Origin: Candidatus Omnitrophota bacterium
GTDB taxonomy: Bacteria > Omnitrophota > Gorgyraeia > Zapsychrales > Zapsychraceae
Assembly (NCBI GenBank): GCA_021108075.1
Contig: JAIORP010000150.1
Location: 3,396-67,395, forward strand
Direction: 5' to 3'
DNA length: 64,000 nucleotides
Of the stretch, positions 1 to 9,301 are shown piece after piece. Positions within the stretch are counted from its first letter, which is position 1. Every line of letters starts with the position of its first letter. Both the position numbers and the translations under genes were made by a program. The notes under the pieces were generated by a model, which saw nothing but the letters and a program-made list of their open reading frames with translations, ran no database searches and was not told where the DNA came from.

Positions 1-100
1 TCTTTGCAACGAAGCGAGATAAGTTATTAGGGGTATAATGAATCCCATTTATTTTTCGATCTATCTTTGAAAAACGAATATCAGCTAATACTTCAACCAT
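1..100 (-). CDS. N-terminus of a probable N6-adenine DNA methyltransferase (runs off window start)
   Basis: Manual translation MVEVLADIRFSKIDRKINGIHYTPNNLSRFVAK; GxxYTP motif typical of N6-MTase N-termini; GAGGAG RBS upstream. Confidence 0.6.
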   Translation of the reverse strand, partial: MVEVLADIRFSKIDRKINGIHYTPNNLSRFVAK

Positions 101-439
101 TTAAAACTCTCCTCAATTAAGATATTATAACGAAATGATATATGAACTGCCAATTCAATCAAGAGAAAGATCCCAAAAATGTGATGATTAAATTATATTA
201 AATTATTGTGAGCAAATTGATTGTACTTTTATGGGGATTGCTTTCTTTATACCACACATATGAATGGTTTGTCAAGAATTTTGCTATCATAATGTTATCG
301 CAACATTAAAAACCCATAACCTGAACAACAACAAGTTTCATAAATCACTTAATTACAACATATTACATCTATAATATACAATGCGATAATCTCCCGACCT
401 TCAGGCTGTAAACCTGAAATTAATCAACAATGCGTGTAA

Positions 440-646
440 TTACGGCGCATGATCATGCCATATTTGCACATGTTCATCCGTTATTATTGGCTTTAAAGGC
501 CCTCTATAACAGCTATCAGCCTTAATCATTTCTTTAACCAAAGAAAAATCCTGCCTATTACAATAGATAAATCTAGAAAAAAAAACTACTTGCATACGAT
601 TTAAATCATTAAACCATTCCCTTGCCATCTCCACGGCTTCTCTCAT
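440..646 (-). CDS. small hypothetical protein
   Basis: 68-aa ORF, no recognised motif. Confidence 0.3.
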   Translation of the reverse strand: MREAVEMAREWFNDLNRMQVVFFSRFIYCNRQDFSLVKEMIKADSCYRGPLKPIITDEHVQIWHDHAP

Positions 647-763
647 TTGTTATCAACATAGACCCACGTATGATCATATAAAAGAACGTCAATTTAAATT
701 TGTTCCCCTTTGGGGAATTAATGTTAAATTTATTTATCGGGCTTTTTTCTACTTTTTTCGTCT

Positions 764-1411
764 CTACTTTTTCTCCAACTCCACCCAATCCACCCAGAAT
801 AAGCCTTTGCCCTGACCGGAAATACTTATTTGAATCGAAACCGTGCCGTCGGGGACCGTGAAGGTCTTCTCGACGGTTTGCCAGGTATCATATCGCGCCA
901 TATCAGCCTGTTGTTTAACCTGGTTCCAGGAAATCACATTCCGGCCCTGATCACGGGCGATGGTGCCCAGCCACAGGCGCGCCTCCCCCTCAGGCAAAAC
1001 CCGCACGCGCGCTTTATACGTAAAGACATCACCCGCCCGCACAATGACCGCTTTTTTAGGACGGATCGAATAATCTTTCACGCTGCGGCTTTTCAAAAAA
1101 TGATACACCGGTCGCTCACCGGCAATACGCGCGAAACCGCCTTCCACCAGGCCCTGCTCCCGGCTCCATGGATCATACCACTCCAGCGCGTTCAAGAAGG
1201 GCCAATTAAAGTCATAGCGCAACACTGTTCCCGGTTTGCCCGGCTTAACCATAATCGGCAGTTCGCGCTGCATAAACTTTAGCGGCAAATACCGGCTTAA
1301 ACTATACCTGCGGGAAAAATTAATGCCCAAAAAACATTTGTACCAGTAGGCAAGAAATCCAATAACCAGGATGATAAAGATCAGTTTCATCATTTTGTGT
1401 CTCATATTCAA
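764..1411 (-). CDS. membrane-anchored protein with carbohydrate-binding (galactose-binding-like) C-terminal domain
   Basis: N-terminal TM helix; C-terminal pattern WQTVEKTFTVP...G-x-FWVDWVEL resembles CBM beta-sandwiches. Confidence 0.5.
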   Translation of the reverse strand: MNMRHKMMKLIFIILVIGFLAYWYKCFLGINFSRRYSLSRYLPLKFMQRELPIMVKPGKPGTVLRYDFNWPFLNALEWYDPWSREQGLVEGGFARIAGERPVYHFLKSRSVKDYSIRPKKAVIVRAGDVFTYKARVRVLPEGEARLWLGTIARDQGRNVISWNQVKQQADMARYDTWQTVEKTFTVPDGTVSIQISISGQGKGLFWVDWVELEKK

Positions 1412-1462
1412 AACTTTATTATTCTAAGAGGCTGTACGAAAATAAAATTTTTGTTCAGCCTT

Positions 1463-2004
1463 CTACACTAATTGTGACAAAAAGGTTTGAACGGGAACAA
1501 TTACCGGACGCTGTAAAGCAAAACAATCATTGTCGACATAGTCCATATCAAAAACAACCTGAAAAGCGTGCTGGGGATGAATGGTCTTATAATAATACTG
1601 CAAGGCCTGTGTGAGCCCGCTTTTTTGTGAAGATTTCACTTCCACAATGATCCAGGGCGCATTATTTTTTGTTATCAAAAAATCAACTTCCCGCCTGGAT
1701 TTATCCCGTAAAAACCACAAACGATAATCCCCTGATCCGCTGTCCTGCCAAAAATGAACGGCTTTCATCAGATGAACAGCGACAAAATTTTCGTGCTTCG
1801 CGCCCTGATCAGAAATAAGTGACCAATCCCAGGAAGGCACAAAAACCGTTCAGTTCTTTGCCCGGCCATCAGGCTCACTGTTGTTTTGCCCGACTGGCGA
1901 GGCCCGGACACAAACAGCATTTGCCGATTGGACTTAAAATAATTTTCAATTACCTTCGTGTACATCCTTGGGATAGGATCCGTCATACTGGCCTCCTTTA
2001 CCAT
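1463..2004 (-). pseudogene. internally deleted AAA+/DUF4143 ATPase
   Basis: Walker A GPRQSGKTT (ORF 1768-2004) joins out of frame to the C-terminal ENFVA...REVDF...EVK segment (ORF 1463-1840); the central part is missing compared with the two adjacent paralogues. Confidence 0.75.
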
Positions 2005-2150
2005 CTTCCGTCATACGACCAATACAGCACATGTCGTAAAACAGTCAAGACCAATTTACGACAGATACAAAAATAGACGCAATTCCCAAACTCCACTCTT
2101 TGCTGTCCAGCGCGAACTTATTGAAACTAAAATAAAATTGTTATCCACGA

Positions 2151-2216
2151 AAAAGTAGGGACGGTTGCATTTAATCACGCCTAAAGCGCGAATTAAATAC
2201 AACCGTCCCTATTTTT
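2151..2216. repeat. GTAG-type REP-like palindrome, copy 1
   Basis: AAAAGTAGGGACGGTTGCATTTAAT ... ATTAAATACAACCGTCCCTATTTTT; overlaps the ATPase stop codon. Confidence 0.8.
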
Positions 2217-3377
2217 TAAATATAAATTCTTAACAGACGCGAAGGAATAAATATGAATGCCTTCCCGGACGAACGAGCTGGATCCGCCATAAACCACACT
2301 TTTAGATAAAACATGCTTTGGATTTATTCGCTCTAAATAATTAAGCCCCTTAAACCAATCTCTGTTTATTGTTTGACCCGCCTTAATTTCAATCCCCATT
2401 AAATCCCGCGCTTTTTCGATAATGAGGTCCACTTCATTACCAGCATTATCTCTAAAAAAGTATAACGGAGCGCCGCGGCCATCCGCCCAATAATGCTTGA
2501 GGGCTTCCATAATAACAAAATTCTCAAACAGCCCACCCAACAAGGGATCGCGGCCGACTTGTTTAGCTTCTTCAATTCCCAACAAATAACAGGCCATACC
2601 CACATCCGTGAAATATAGTTTGGGAGATTTAATAACGCGCTTATTAAAATTCCGATAATAGGCCGGAAGTAGATAGACAATATAACTTGCTTCCAGAATC
2701 GAAATCCATTCCCGAACCGTTGTGTGCGAAAGGCCAATATCATTGCCCAGGCTTGACATATTCAAAACTTGCCCAACCCGTCCAGCGCATAATTTTAAAA
2801 ACTTTTGAAAAGATGAAAGATTTTTGATATTCACAATTTCCCGAACATCACGCTGGACATAGCTTTCCAGATAATTACGCATGGCCTCGGTTGGATTCAG
2901 TTTCTGGTCGTAAATTCGGGGATAAAAACCGGTATAGAGCACCTGGTCTAAAGAAAATTTCTTAAGTCGCGGACGGATTTCTTCAACAGTAAAAGGTAAT
3001 AATTTCAACAGATCAACTCGCCCGGCAAGCGATTGTTGAACCGTCTTCAAAAGAAGAATATTCTGACTGCCGGTTAGAATATACATCCCGTTCTTTTTCT
3101 TTGAGTCTACTATGCCTTGTAAATAAGATAAAAGATGCGGCGGGCTACGCTGTATTTCATCAAACACCGCGCCTTCGGGATAGAGATCAAGAAAACCACG
3201 GGGGTCACGCTCAGCAAATTCCCGATGATCAGGGTTTTCGAAAGAAACATACGGTTTGTCAGGGAACACCGCGCGACATAATGTGGTTTTACCAGACTGA
3301 CGCGGGCCGGTTAACAATACAACTGGATATTGCTTCGCCCCCTGCCTTAACTTTTTTTCTAAAAGGCGTTTGATCAT
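2193..3377 (-). CDS. AAA+ ATPase (AAA_14) with DUF4143 C-terminal domain
   Basis: GPRQSGKTT, DEIQ, TGSQ, KSPKLYF-D-G, EVDL...EIK; likely start ATG 3377 (MIKRLLE). Confidence 0.85.
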   Translation of the reverse strand: MIKRLLEKKLRQGAKQYPVVLLTGPRQSGKTTLCRAVFPDKPYVSFENPDHREFAERDPRGFLDLYPEGAVFDEIQRSPPHLLSYLQGIVDSKKKNGMYILTGSQNILLLKTVQQSLAGRVDLLKLLPFTVEEIRPRLKKFSLDQVLYTGFYPRIYDQKLNPTEAMRNYLESYVQRDVREIVNIKNLSSFQKFLKLCAGRVGQVLNMSSLGNDIGLSHTTVREWISILEASYIVYLLPAYYRNFNKRVIKSPKLYFTDVGMACYLLGIEEAKQVGRDPLLGGLFENFVIMEALKHYWADGRGAPLYFFRDNAGNEVDLIIEKARDLMGIEIKAGQTINRDWFKGLNYLERINPKHVLSKSVVYGGSSSFVREGIHIYSFASVKNLYLKNRDGCI

Positions 3378-3552
3378 GGTTAAATCATAACATGTTTCTT
3401 GCAAATTGCAAGTTGCATCTTCATAAAACATAAAAGGTATAAACGACAGGCTTAGAACAAATGAGCTATTATCCCTCTTTAACCTCCAACTGTCCTTACT
3501 TTTCTTGTCCCTTCTTTTCTCCGACTATTCTGCAACGAAATGCATAATAGAC

Positions 3553-3581
3553 TTGACTATTCCGCAATGCAATGCTATATT
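3553..3581 (+). promoter_or_regulatory. sigma70 promoter, probably giving a leaderless mRNA
   Basis: TTGACT-N17-TATATT followed by 6 nt and ATG 3588. Confidence 0.6.
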
Positions 3582-3587
3582 TTCAAC

Positions 3588-4718
3588 ATGAACAGATATT
3601 TAAACAAACATATCATCAACGATCTAAAGAAAAAAATGGTCTTTATTACCGGGCCACGCCAGGTTGGGAAAACATACCTGGCTAAAGCCATCGCGGAAAA
3701 ATTTTCCTCCTCCGTCTATTTAAATTACGATGATATCGACCATGCCCGAATGATTCGTAAGCGGCAATGGCCCACAGCCAGCCCTCTTATTATTTTTGAC
3801 GAACTGCATAAAATGAAAAACTGGAAAAACTACCTCAAAGGAACGTTTGACACCCGTCCGGCAAACCAACAATATCTGATAACCGGCAGCGCCCGGCTGG
3901 ACACATTCCGCCAGACAGGCGATTCTTTGGCCGGCCGGTATTATCACTACCGCCTTAATCCTTTTTCTGTCCGTGAACTGAAATCCCCGAATGAAACCCC
4001 TTATGATATCCTTTCCCGTCTGATCACCCTGGGGGGCTTCCCTGAACCCTACCTGTCAGGAACACCGGTCGAAGCCAACCGCTGGCGTCAGCAGTACTTT
4101 ACCGGTATCGTCCGGGAAGATATTTTAGATTTCAGCCGTATCCAGGAGGTACGGGCCATCCGTCTTTTGGTTGACATGTTGCGCAAAAGAGTTGGAGCGC
4201 CGTTATCCTTCAGCTCCTTAGCCCGGGACCTGCAGATCGCGCCCAATACCGTTAAAAAATATATCGCGATTTTGGAAAGCCTTTATATCGTTTTCCTGAT
4301 CCGCCCCTACCACCGCGATGTTGCAAGGGCGATCCTTAAAGGACCAAAAATCTATTTTTATGACTGTGGATATGTTAACCGCGATGAAGGTTCCCGGTTT
4401 GAGAACGCGGTCGCTGTCAGCCTGCTGAAACACGCGCAGTACCTTCAGGATGTCGAAGCTCAGAATATCAGCCTCCATTATATCCGGACCAAAGAAGGGC
4501 GCGAACTGGACTTTGTCCTCACGCTCGACGGCCAGGCCCGTCAAGGGATCGAGGTCAAACTCTCTGATGACCATATCGCCCCGCCATTAGCCTATTTCAA
4601 GAAAAAACTCCCTGAAATGGAGATGCTCCAGCTTGTCCACAACCTCCGGCAGGAAAAAGATGTGGATGGGATTTCGGTCCGCCATGCCGGCGAGTGGCTC
4701 GCAAACCTTGACGCGTGA
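3588..4718 (+). CDS. AAA+ ATPase (AAA_14) with DUF4143 C-terminal domain
   Basis: GPRQVGKT, DELHK, TGSARL, GGFPEP, PKIYFYD, ELDF...EVK. Confidence 0.85.
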   Translation: MNRYLNKHIINDLKKKMVFITGPRQVGKTYLAKAIAEKFSSSVYLNYDDIDHARMIRKRQWPTASPLIIFDELHKMKNWKNYLKGTFDTRPANQQYLITGSARLDTFRQTGDSLAGRYYHYRLNPFSVRELKSPNETPYDILSRLITLGGFPEPYLSGTPVEANRWRQQYFTGIVREDILDFSRIQEVRAIRLLVDMLRKRVGAPLSFSSLARDLQIAPNTVKKYIAILESLYIVFLIRPYHRDVARAILKGPKIYFYDCGYVNRDEGSRFENAVAVSLLKHAQYLQDVEAQNISLHYIRTKEGRELDFVLTLDGQARQGIEVKLSDDHIAPPLAYFKKKLPEMEMLQLVHNLRQEKDVDGISVRHAGEWLANLDA

Positions 4719-4729
4719 AGTGGTGAAGC

Positions 4730-5314
4730 TTTGAAATACACCATGTATAATTTCACGTTGGGCCGCGGTTGGCCAAAATTTTGTTATGGCTCAAAAAAAA
4801 TAAGCGCGGCCATTTACCGAAATCGCCGAGGAATCAGGCCATTCAGTATACGTTGAACATACGCGAGAGATTAACCCGTTACACCAAAGACGGCCGGCTG
4901 CCGATTGACAATAATCTAGAGGAAAATGCCATCCGACCAATTGCTCTGGGTCGCAAAAACTGGATGTTTTTAGGCAGGGAGAATGGCGGGCATGCGGCAG
5001 CGATCCTCATGACCTTTTGCGCGACCTGCCGCAAACTCAAAATCAACACCTGGGAATATCTCAAAGACATCCTACAAAGAATCAACACCCACCCGATGTC
5101 AAAAATAGATGAACTCCTCCCCGACCGCTGGCAGGAGCTTCGTCAGCAACAGCTTGATTATACCAAATCCAATAAATAATTCATCTGATTTCTCATTGCT
5201 ATTTGCGTAAAAGCGTTCGCAAAAAACGATGAAAAATTTGGGCAATTATTTAATGGAATTGGTATTATAACAAATAATAATCTTCTGATACAGATGGGTT
5301 GCTCTGACGCTTAC
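4730..5314 (+). mobile_element. IS66-family remnant, copy 1 (3' tnpC, internal deletion, MITE insertion)
   Basis: IDNN-x-x-E-NAIRPIALGRKNW-x-F motif; ends in GACGCTTAC (IS66-type IR); near-identical to 6388-7142. Confidence 0.85.
5161..5264. mobile_element. MITE family A copy (TIR TACCAAWTCC, TTA duplication)
   Basis: TTA at 5158-5160 and 5265-5267; absent from the equivalent site in IS66 copy 2. Confidence 0.85.
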
Positions 5315-5363
5315 CATTTTCCTGTTAAAAAACAGCTTGAAGCTATAGAAAAGCATCATAAAT

Positions 5364-5657
5364 CTAAACAAGCTGAATTTTCAACTTCTTCCCTAAAGCA
5401 ATTGCAGCTTTCTCTAAAGTTAAAAGAGTAACGGATCTATTCTCAGGATCAAGCAATCGATCTAACTGCATACGACTTTTCATATGCATACGTTCTGTCA
5501 TTTCCTTTTTAGTTATCTTCTCTTTTTTCATTGCTGCTTCAATCTGAAATGCAATAACTCTCTTTGCCGCTACTGCCTGAGATTCTTCTAAAATACCTTC
5601 GTCCTTTAAAAAATCATCAAAATTACTTCCAATATTTTTATTTTTCTTAATCATCAT
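5364..5657 (-). CDS. XRE-type HTH antitoxin
   Basis: IGSNFDDFL-x-x-EG...RLLDP-x-N-x-SVTL-x-TL pattern; overlaps the toxin stop. Confidence 0.8.
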   Translation of the reverse strand: MMIKKNKNIGSNFDDFLKDEGILEESQAVAAKRVIAFQIEAAMKKEKITKKEMTERMHMKSRMQLDRLLDPENRSVTLLTLEKAAIALGKKLKIQLV

Positions 5658-6004
5658 TTACCGCCCTTAAGTTCCTTCATTCGGCTTCTGGCCGTATCTA
5701 AATCTTGTTTTGGTATCTTCCGGGTCTTCTTAATAAATCCGTGCAATAAAACAATATACTCATCAGTCATTGTAAATATTACCCTTGAAATTTTATTTTC
5801 TAATTTCGTCCTTACCTCCCAAAGTCCTGCTTCTAATTTTTCCACTAAAGGCATTCCTGATGGCCAACCAAATTGAACTGTCTTAATATCCTCGCCAATA
5901 ATTTTCTTTTCTTTTTTCGTCAATGATACTAACCATTCTCTAACAGGCTCATTGCCTGCCTCTGTCATATAAAATAATACTGGTAAAGGTCTATCTGGTT
6001 TCAT
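5654..6004 (-). CDS. RelE/ParE-superfamily (Gp49/DUF891-like) toxin
   Basis: GNEPVREWL, GLWEVR, LLHGFIKKT-x-K-x-P; likely start ATG 6004. Confidence 0.85.
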   Translation of the reverse strand: MKPDRPLPVLFYMTEAGNEPVREWLVSLTKKEKKIIGEDIKTVQFGWPSGMPLVEKLEAGLWEVRTKLENKISRVIFTMTDEYIVLLHGFIKKTRKIPKQDLDTARSRMKELKGGK

Positions 6005-6012
6005 CTGATTAA

Positions 6013-6040
6013 AGTGTACCATAATTGGTACTTTTGTCAA
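6013..6040 (-). promoter_or_regulatory. TA promoter with palindromic operator
   Basis: TTGACA-N16-TACACT overlapping the inverted repeat GTACC-AATTAT-GGTAC. Confidence 0.65.
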
Positions 6041-6387
6041 ATTGATAAAATTTGAATTTCCTTAATAAATTGATTACATCATAATAATTTTGAAATTATA
6101 TTGACATTTCTCAAACAATATTAAATTTCCTCGTCAAAAAACTTCCCGGACCAAACGTTAAACGCGCCGTGAAGAGCTCCCCGATCCGGACACAAAAAGA
6201 ACAAACTCAAAAGTCGTAAGTGAAACTCTCCCATACCATTACAGATACTTCCCAAAAACCAAAACTCCATTTCAAGGCCAAAAACCAAAATTTGTCCCAA
6301 AAAACATAGTCGTTTCCAAAAAAGCAATGAAACATTATCTGCATCTTGAGGCTTACGAAAACCCAATACAAAAAACACTGGAATATA

Positions 6388-7142
6388 TTTGAAAGACACC
6401 ATGTATAATTTCACGTTGGGCCGCGGGCGTGAAGGGCCGGTGGAATTTTTCAAAGGATACAAAGGGAATTTTGTATCTGACGCGTATGGAGGATATGAAG
6501 AATTATTTCGGGTAGAGGATATTACAAGTATATCGTGCCGGACACACGCGCGGCGGTATTTCAAAAAGGCGCAGGACACGAGTCCGAAGGCGGCGACGGA
6601 GGTCTTGACGCTTATCGCGTGGCTGTATAAAATCGAGAAAAAGATTAAAATGGATAATCCGGATATCCGTCGGAAGGTCAGAAAAAAAGAATCCCGTCCG
6701 CGGTTGGCCAAAATTTTGTTATGGCTCAAAAAAAATAAGCGCGGCCATTTACCGAAATCGCCGAGGAATCAGGCCATTCAGTATACGTTGAACATACGCG
6801 AGAGATTAACCCGTTACACCAAAGACGGCCGGCTGCCGATTGACAATAATCTAGAGGAAAATGCCATCCGACCAATTGCTCTGGGTCGCAAAAACTGGAT
6901 GTTTTTAGGCAGTGAGAATGGCGGGCATGCGGTAGCGATCCTCATGACCTTTCGCGCGACCTGCCGCAAACTCAAAATCAACACCTGGGAATATCTCAAA
7001 GACGTCCTGCAAAGAATCAACACCCATCCGATGTCAAAGATCGACGAACTCCTCCCCGACCGCTGGCAGGAGCTTCATCAGCAACAGCTTGATTATACCA
7101 AATAATAATCTTCTGATACAGATGGGTTGCTCTGACGCTTAC
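6388..7142 (+). mobile_element. IS66-family remnant, copy 2 (5'-truncated tnpC)
   Basis: SDAYGGY, C-x-x-HARR-x-F, IDNN...RPIALGRKNW; right IR GACGCTTAC. Confidence 0.88.
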
Positions 7143-7157
7143 ATAAAATTCATCTAA

Positions 7158-7236
7158 TACCAATTCCATTAAATAATGACCAGAACCAATTCTGCTTTTC
7201 AGAATTGAAATAGAACAATTCATTAATGAATTTGTA
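7158..7236. mobile_element. MITE family A copy (TAA duplication)
   Basis: TAA 7155-7157 and 7237-7239; close reverse complement of 38446-38525. Confidence 0.8.
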
Positions 7237-7264
7237 TAAATAACAGCTTAATGTTATTATATTT

Positions 7265-7518
7265 GGCTCTTTAAAGTTTTAAGTGGGTAAATGTGGATAA
7301 TTATACTTAACGGATTGTCCTTTTGGCTTGCAGACCGGGTCATAGTGGATATTTAATTTCCAAAAGAGATTCCTGTCTCCGCTTCGCTCCACAGGAATGA
7401 CAAAAACGGAGTGTCATTCCTGCGCAGGCAGGAATCTCAGATACAAAAAAAATTTAATTACCAAATTCATAATTTATATTAATTATTAATTTTTACCCAC
7501 TCAAAAGTCTAAAGAGCC
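7265..7518. mobile_element. ISL3-type MITE (254 bp)
   Basis: Imperfect 27-bp TIR starting GGCTCTTTA; perfect 8-bp direct repeat TTATATTT at 7257-7264 and 7519-7526. Confidence 0.8.
7366..7438. repeat. inverted pair of ATTCCTG-N-CAGGAAT REP-like hairpins inside the MITE
   Basis: GAGATTCCTG...CAGGAATGAC followed by GTCATTCCTGCGCAGGCAGGAATCTC. Confidence 0.75.
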
Positions 7519-7554
7519 TTATATTTTAATACCACTTGCCCTTATCCGTGCCTG

Positions 7555-8292
7555 TTAATCCGTGTCCCTCCCCGCCACAACGGGCGGGCGTGTCTCACCG
7601 AAAATCAAAGCCTTCTTTTCCTCATCCAGTTTATCATACATATCCCGCGTAAAATCGATGATCAGCTCGCGGGCCCGCGCTTCAGACTCATCGTCATATT
7701 TGACCCGGTCCACATAATCCACACGGAATAAAAAACCGCTCTTTGACTGCTTCAACAGACCGGACAGCATCTGATCGAGCTTGATCCAGAAGGTCTCATG
7801 ATATTGCTTCTTGTCGATCGTCAGCCAGTAAGCGACAAACTTATCACGCTCAACCGTGGTATCCGGCAGGCCCTTAATAAACAAATACTTCATCATGATC
7901 ACCCGGCCGTCCTTCAACTCAACTTTAATCGGCTCCAGAAAATCGATTTCATTGCCCCCGGCGCGATGGCAATTTTCCGGAAAATGAAACGTAAAATTCT
8001 TACGCAGGTCACTGCCATATTCCAGAATCAAATTAACAAAAGACTTATCATGCTTATAAAACGTGCGGATCATCAATTCATTGATCGCCTGCCAGCGGAT
8101 ATCTTCAAATCCGGACGTATCCCGCGTGATACTCCGCCAGCCCCATAATTTTTCCGGAACAAATGTGTTCAAATGGATTTTTTCTCCGGGCGCGCTTTTC
8201 CGCGGCGGATTCAGATAGACAAAAAAGGCCGCCCCGATCATGATGATGGACAATATCAAATCCCTTTTATTTATTCTTGATTTACTTATCAT
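7555..8292 (-). CDS. epsI: exosortase-associated EpsI-family protein
   Basis: N-terminal TM, H-x-PE-x-C-x-x-x-GG motif, immediately downstream of the exosortase. Confidence 0.8.
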   Translation of the reverse strand: MISKSRINKRDLILSIIMIGAAFFVYLNPPRKSAPGEKIHLNTFVPEKLWGWRSITRDTSGFEDIRWQAINELMIRTFYKHDKSFVNLILEYGSDLRKNFTFHFPENCHRAGGNEIDFLEPIKVELKDGRVIMMKYLFIKGLPDTTVERDKFVAYWLTIDKKQYHETFWIKLDQMLSGLLKQSKSGFLFRVDYVDRVKYDDESEARARELIIDFTRDMYDKLDEEKKALIFGETRPPVVAGRDTD

Positions 8293-9157
8293 TCTTTTTC
8301 TTTTTACCCATTAAGTGATACATCACATCCACAAGCCACATCAGGCCTAAAACCGTAATCACAAACAGCACTAAACCGGACGCTTCATGAAAGAAACCTT
8401 CGGCAAACTCATGCCCGAAATAATACGAGAAGACACCGGTCAAAGATATCCGGAATATATTGGCAAAGACTGCCAATGGCACGATGCAGCTAAAAACGAA
8501 CCATTTCTTTTTCAGGGAAAGGTCCTGAAAATACACGTACACCGCGCCCAGGCTTAACAGGGTAACAATTGAACGAAAGCCGCTGCAGGCGTCGGCAATA
8601 AGCAATTCATGGTCTTTCACCTTTAAAATGACGCCTCTCAAATCAACCGGCAATTGCAGCAATTGCAGCACCTTAAAACTCGCGAACGCGCTGATATTCT
8701 TAAGCGGCATGGTGATCGTGTCAATAACCAACCCCGGAGGCGGGATCATGAAAAACAGATAGGCCAATGGAAAAATTATTCGTTTAAAGGATTCTTTGGT
8801 GAACCGCAGGCGAAAGATGGCCCACATCATGATGACGAAAGAAGCGGCTTCGAGGAACATGAATTCGTTTAAAGTTGAGAATAAAAAAATGAAAATGGCT
8901 AGAATAAACAGCGCTATCCCTGAGGCGTTAACCCCGTCGTACCGCTTCAATTGATCTCTTTTCAACCAGATGATAATAATAGAAATCGGAACGATGAAAT
9001 AGGAATGGGTGTAGTCGGCTGTAGGCCATCCCAGAAAACTGAGACGGTAAAATGTTTTGGCGAACATCAATATCATTGAAGCACATATCAGCCAGTCGGA
9101 TAACCGGAATGAAACAAAAGTATCCTTTATACCAACAAAAAATTTCTTATCTAACAT
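8282..9157 (-). CDS. exosortase (EpsH family)
   Basis: Multi-TM protein; YTHSYFIVP, catalytic ACSG, AN-x-x-R and H-E-x-x-G motifs. Confidence 0.92.
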   Translation of the reverse strand: MLDKKFFVGIKDTFVSFRLSDWLICASMILMFAKTFYRLSFLGWPTADYTHSYFIVPISIIIIWLKRDQLKRYDGVNASGIALFILAIFIFLFSTLNEFMFLEAASFVIMMWAIFRLRFTKESFKRIIFPLAYLFFMIPPPGLVIDTITMPLKNISAFASFKVLQLLQLPVDLRGVILKVKDHELLIADACSGFRSIVTLLSLGAVYVYFQDLSLKKKWFVFSCIVPLAVFANIFRISLTGVFSYYFGHEFAEGFFHEASGLVLFVITVLGLMWLVDVMYHLMGKKKKNDK

Positions 9158-9301
9158 TTCAAAATCACCATAAAATCTTTCTTATATTAATAAAAGTAAT
9201 CCTTAAGATTATATGTATATCACATTTAACACTAAAATGCACAAAAAAAATTATCCCTGCTCTGATAAATATTTTAAGTCATCTTATGGTATAATGCCGT
9301 C

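Noticed and set aside
1430-1460. GGCTG...CAGCC short inverted repeat
   Set aside because: Could be a terminator or an IS footprint; single copy, cannot be assigned.
6025-6035. TA operator shares TTGGTACTTTT with the REP-like palindrome
   Set aside because: An 11-bp AT-rich match can arise by chance; no further similarity.
6121-6729. 202-aa minus-strand ORF
   Set aside because: More than half is antisense to the IS66 transposase; no recognisable motif.
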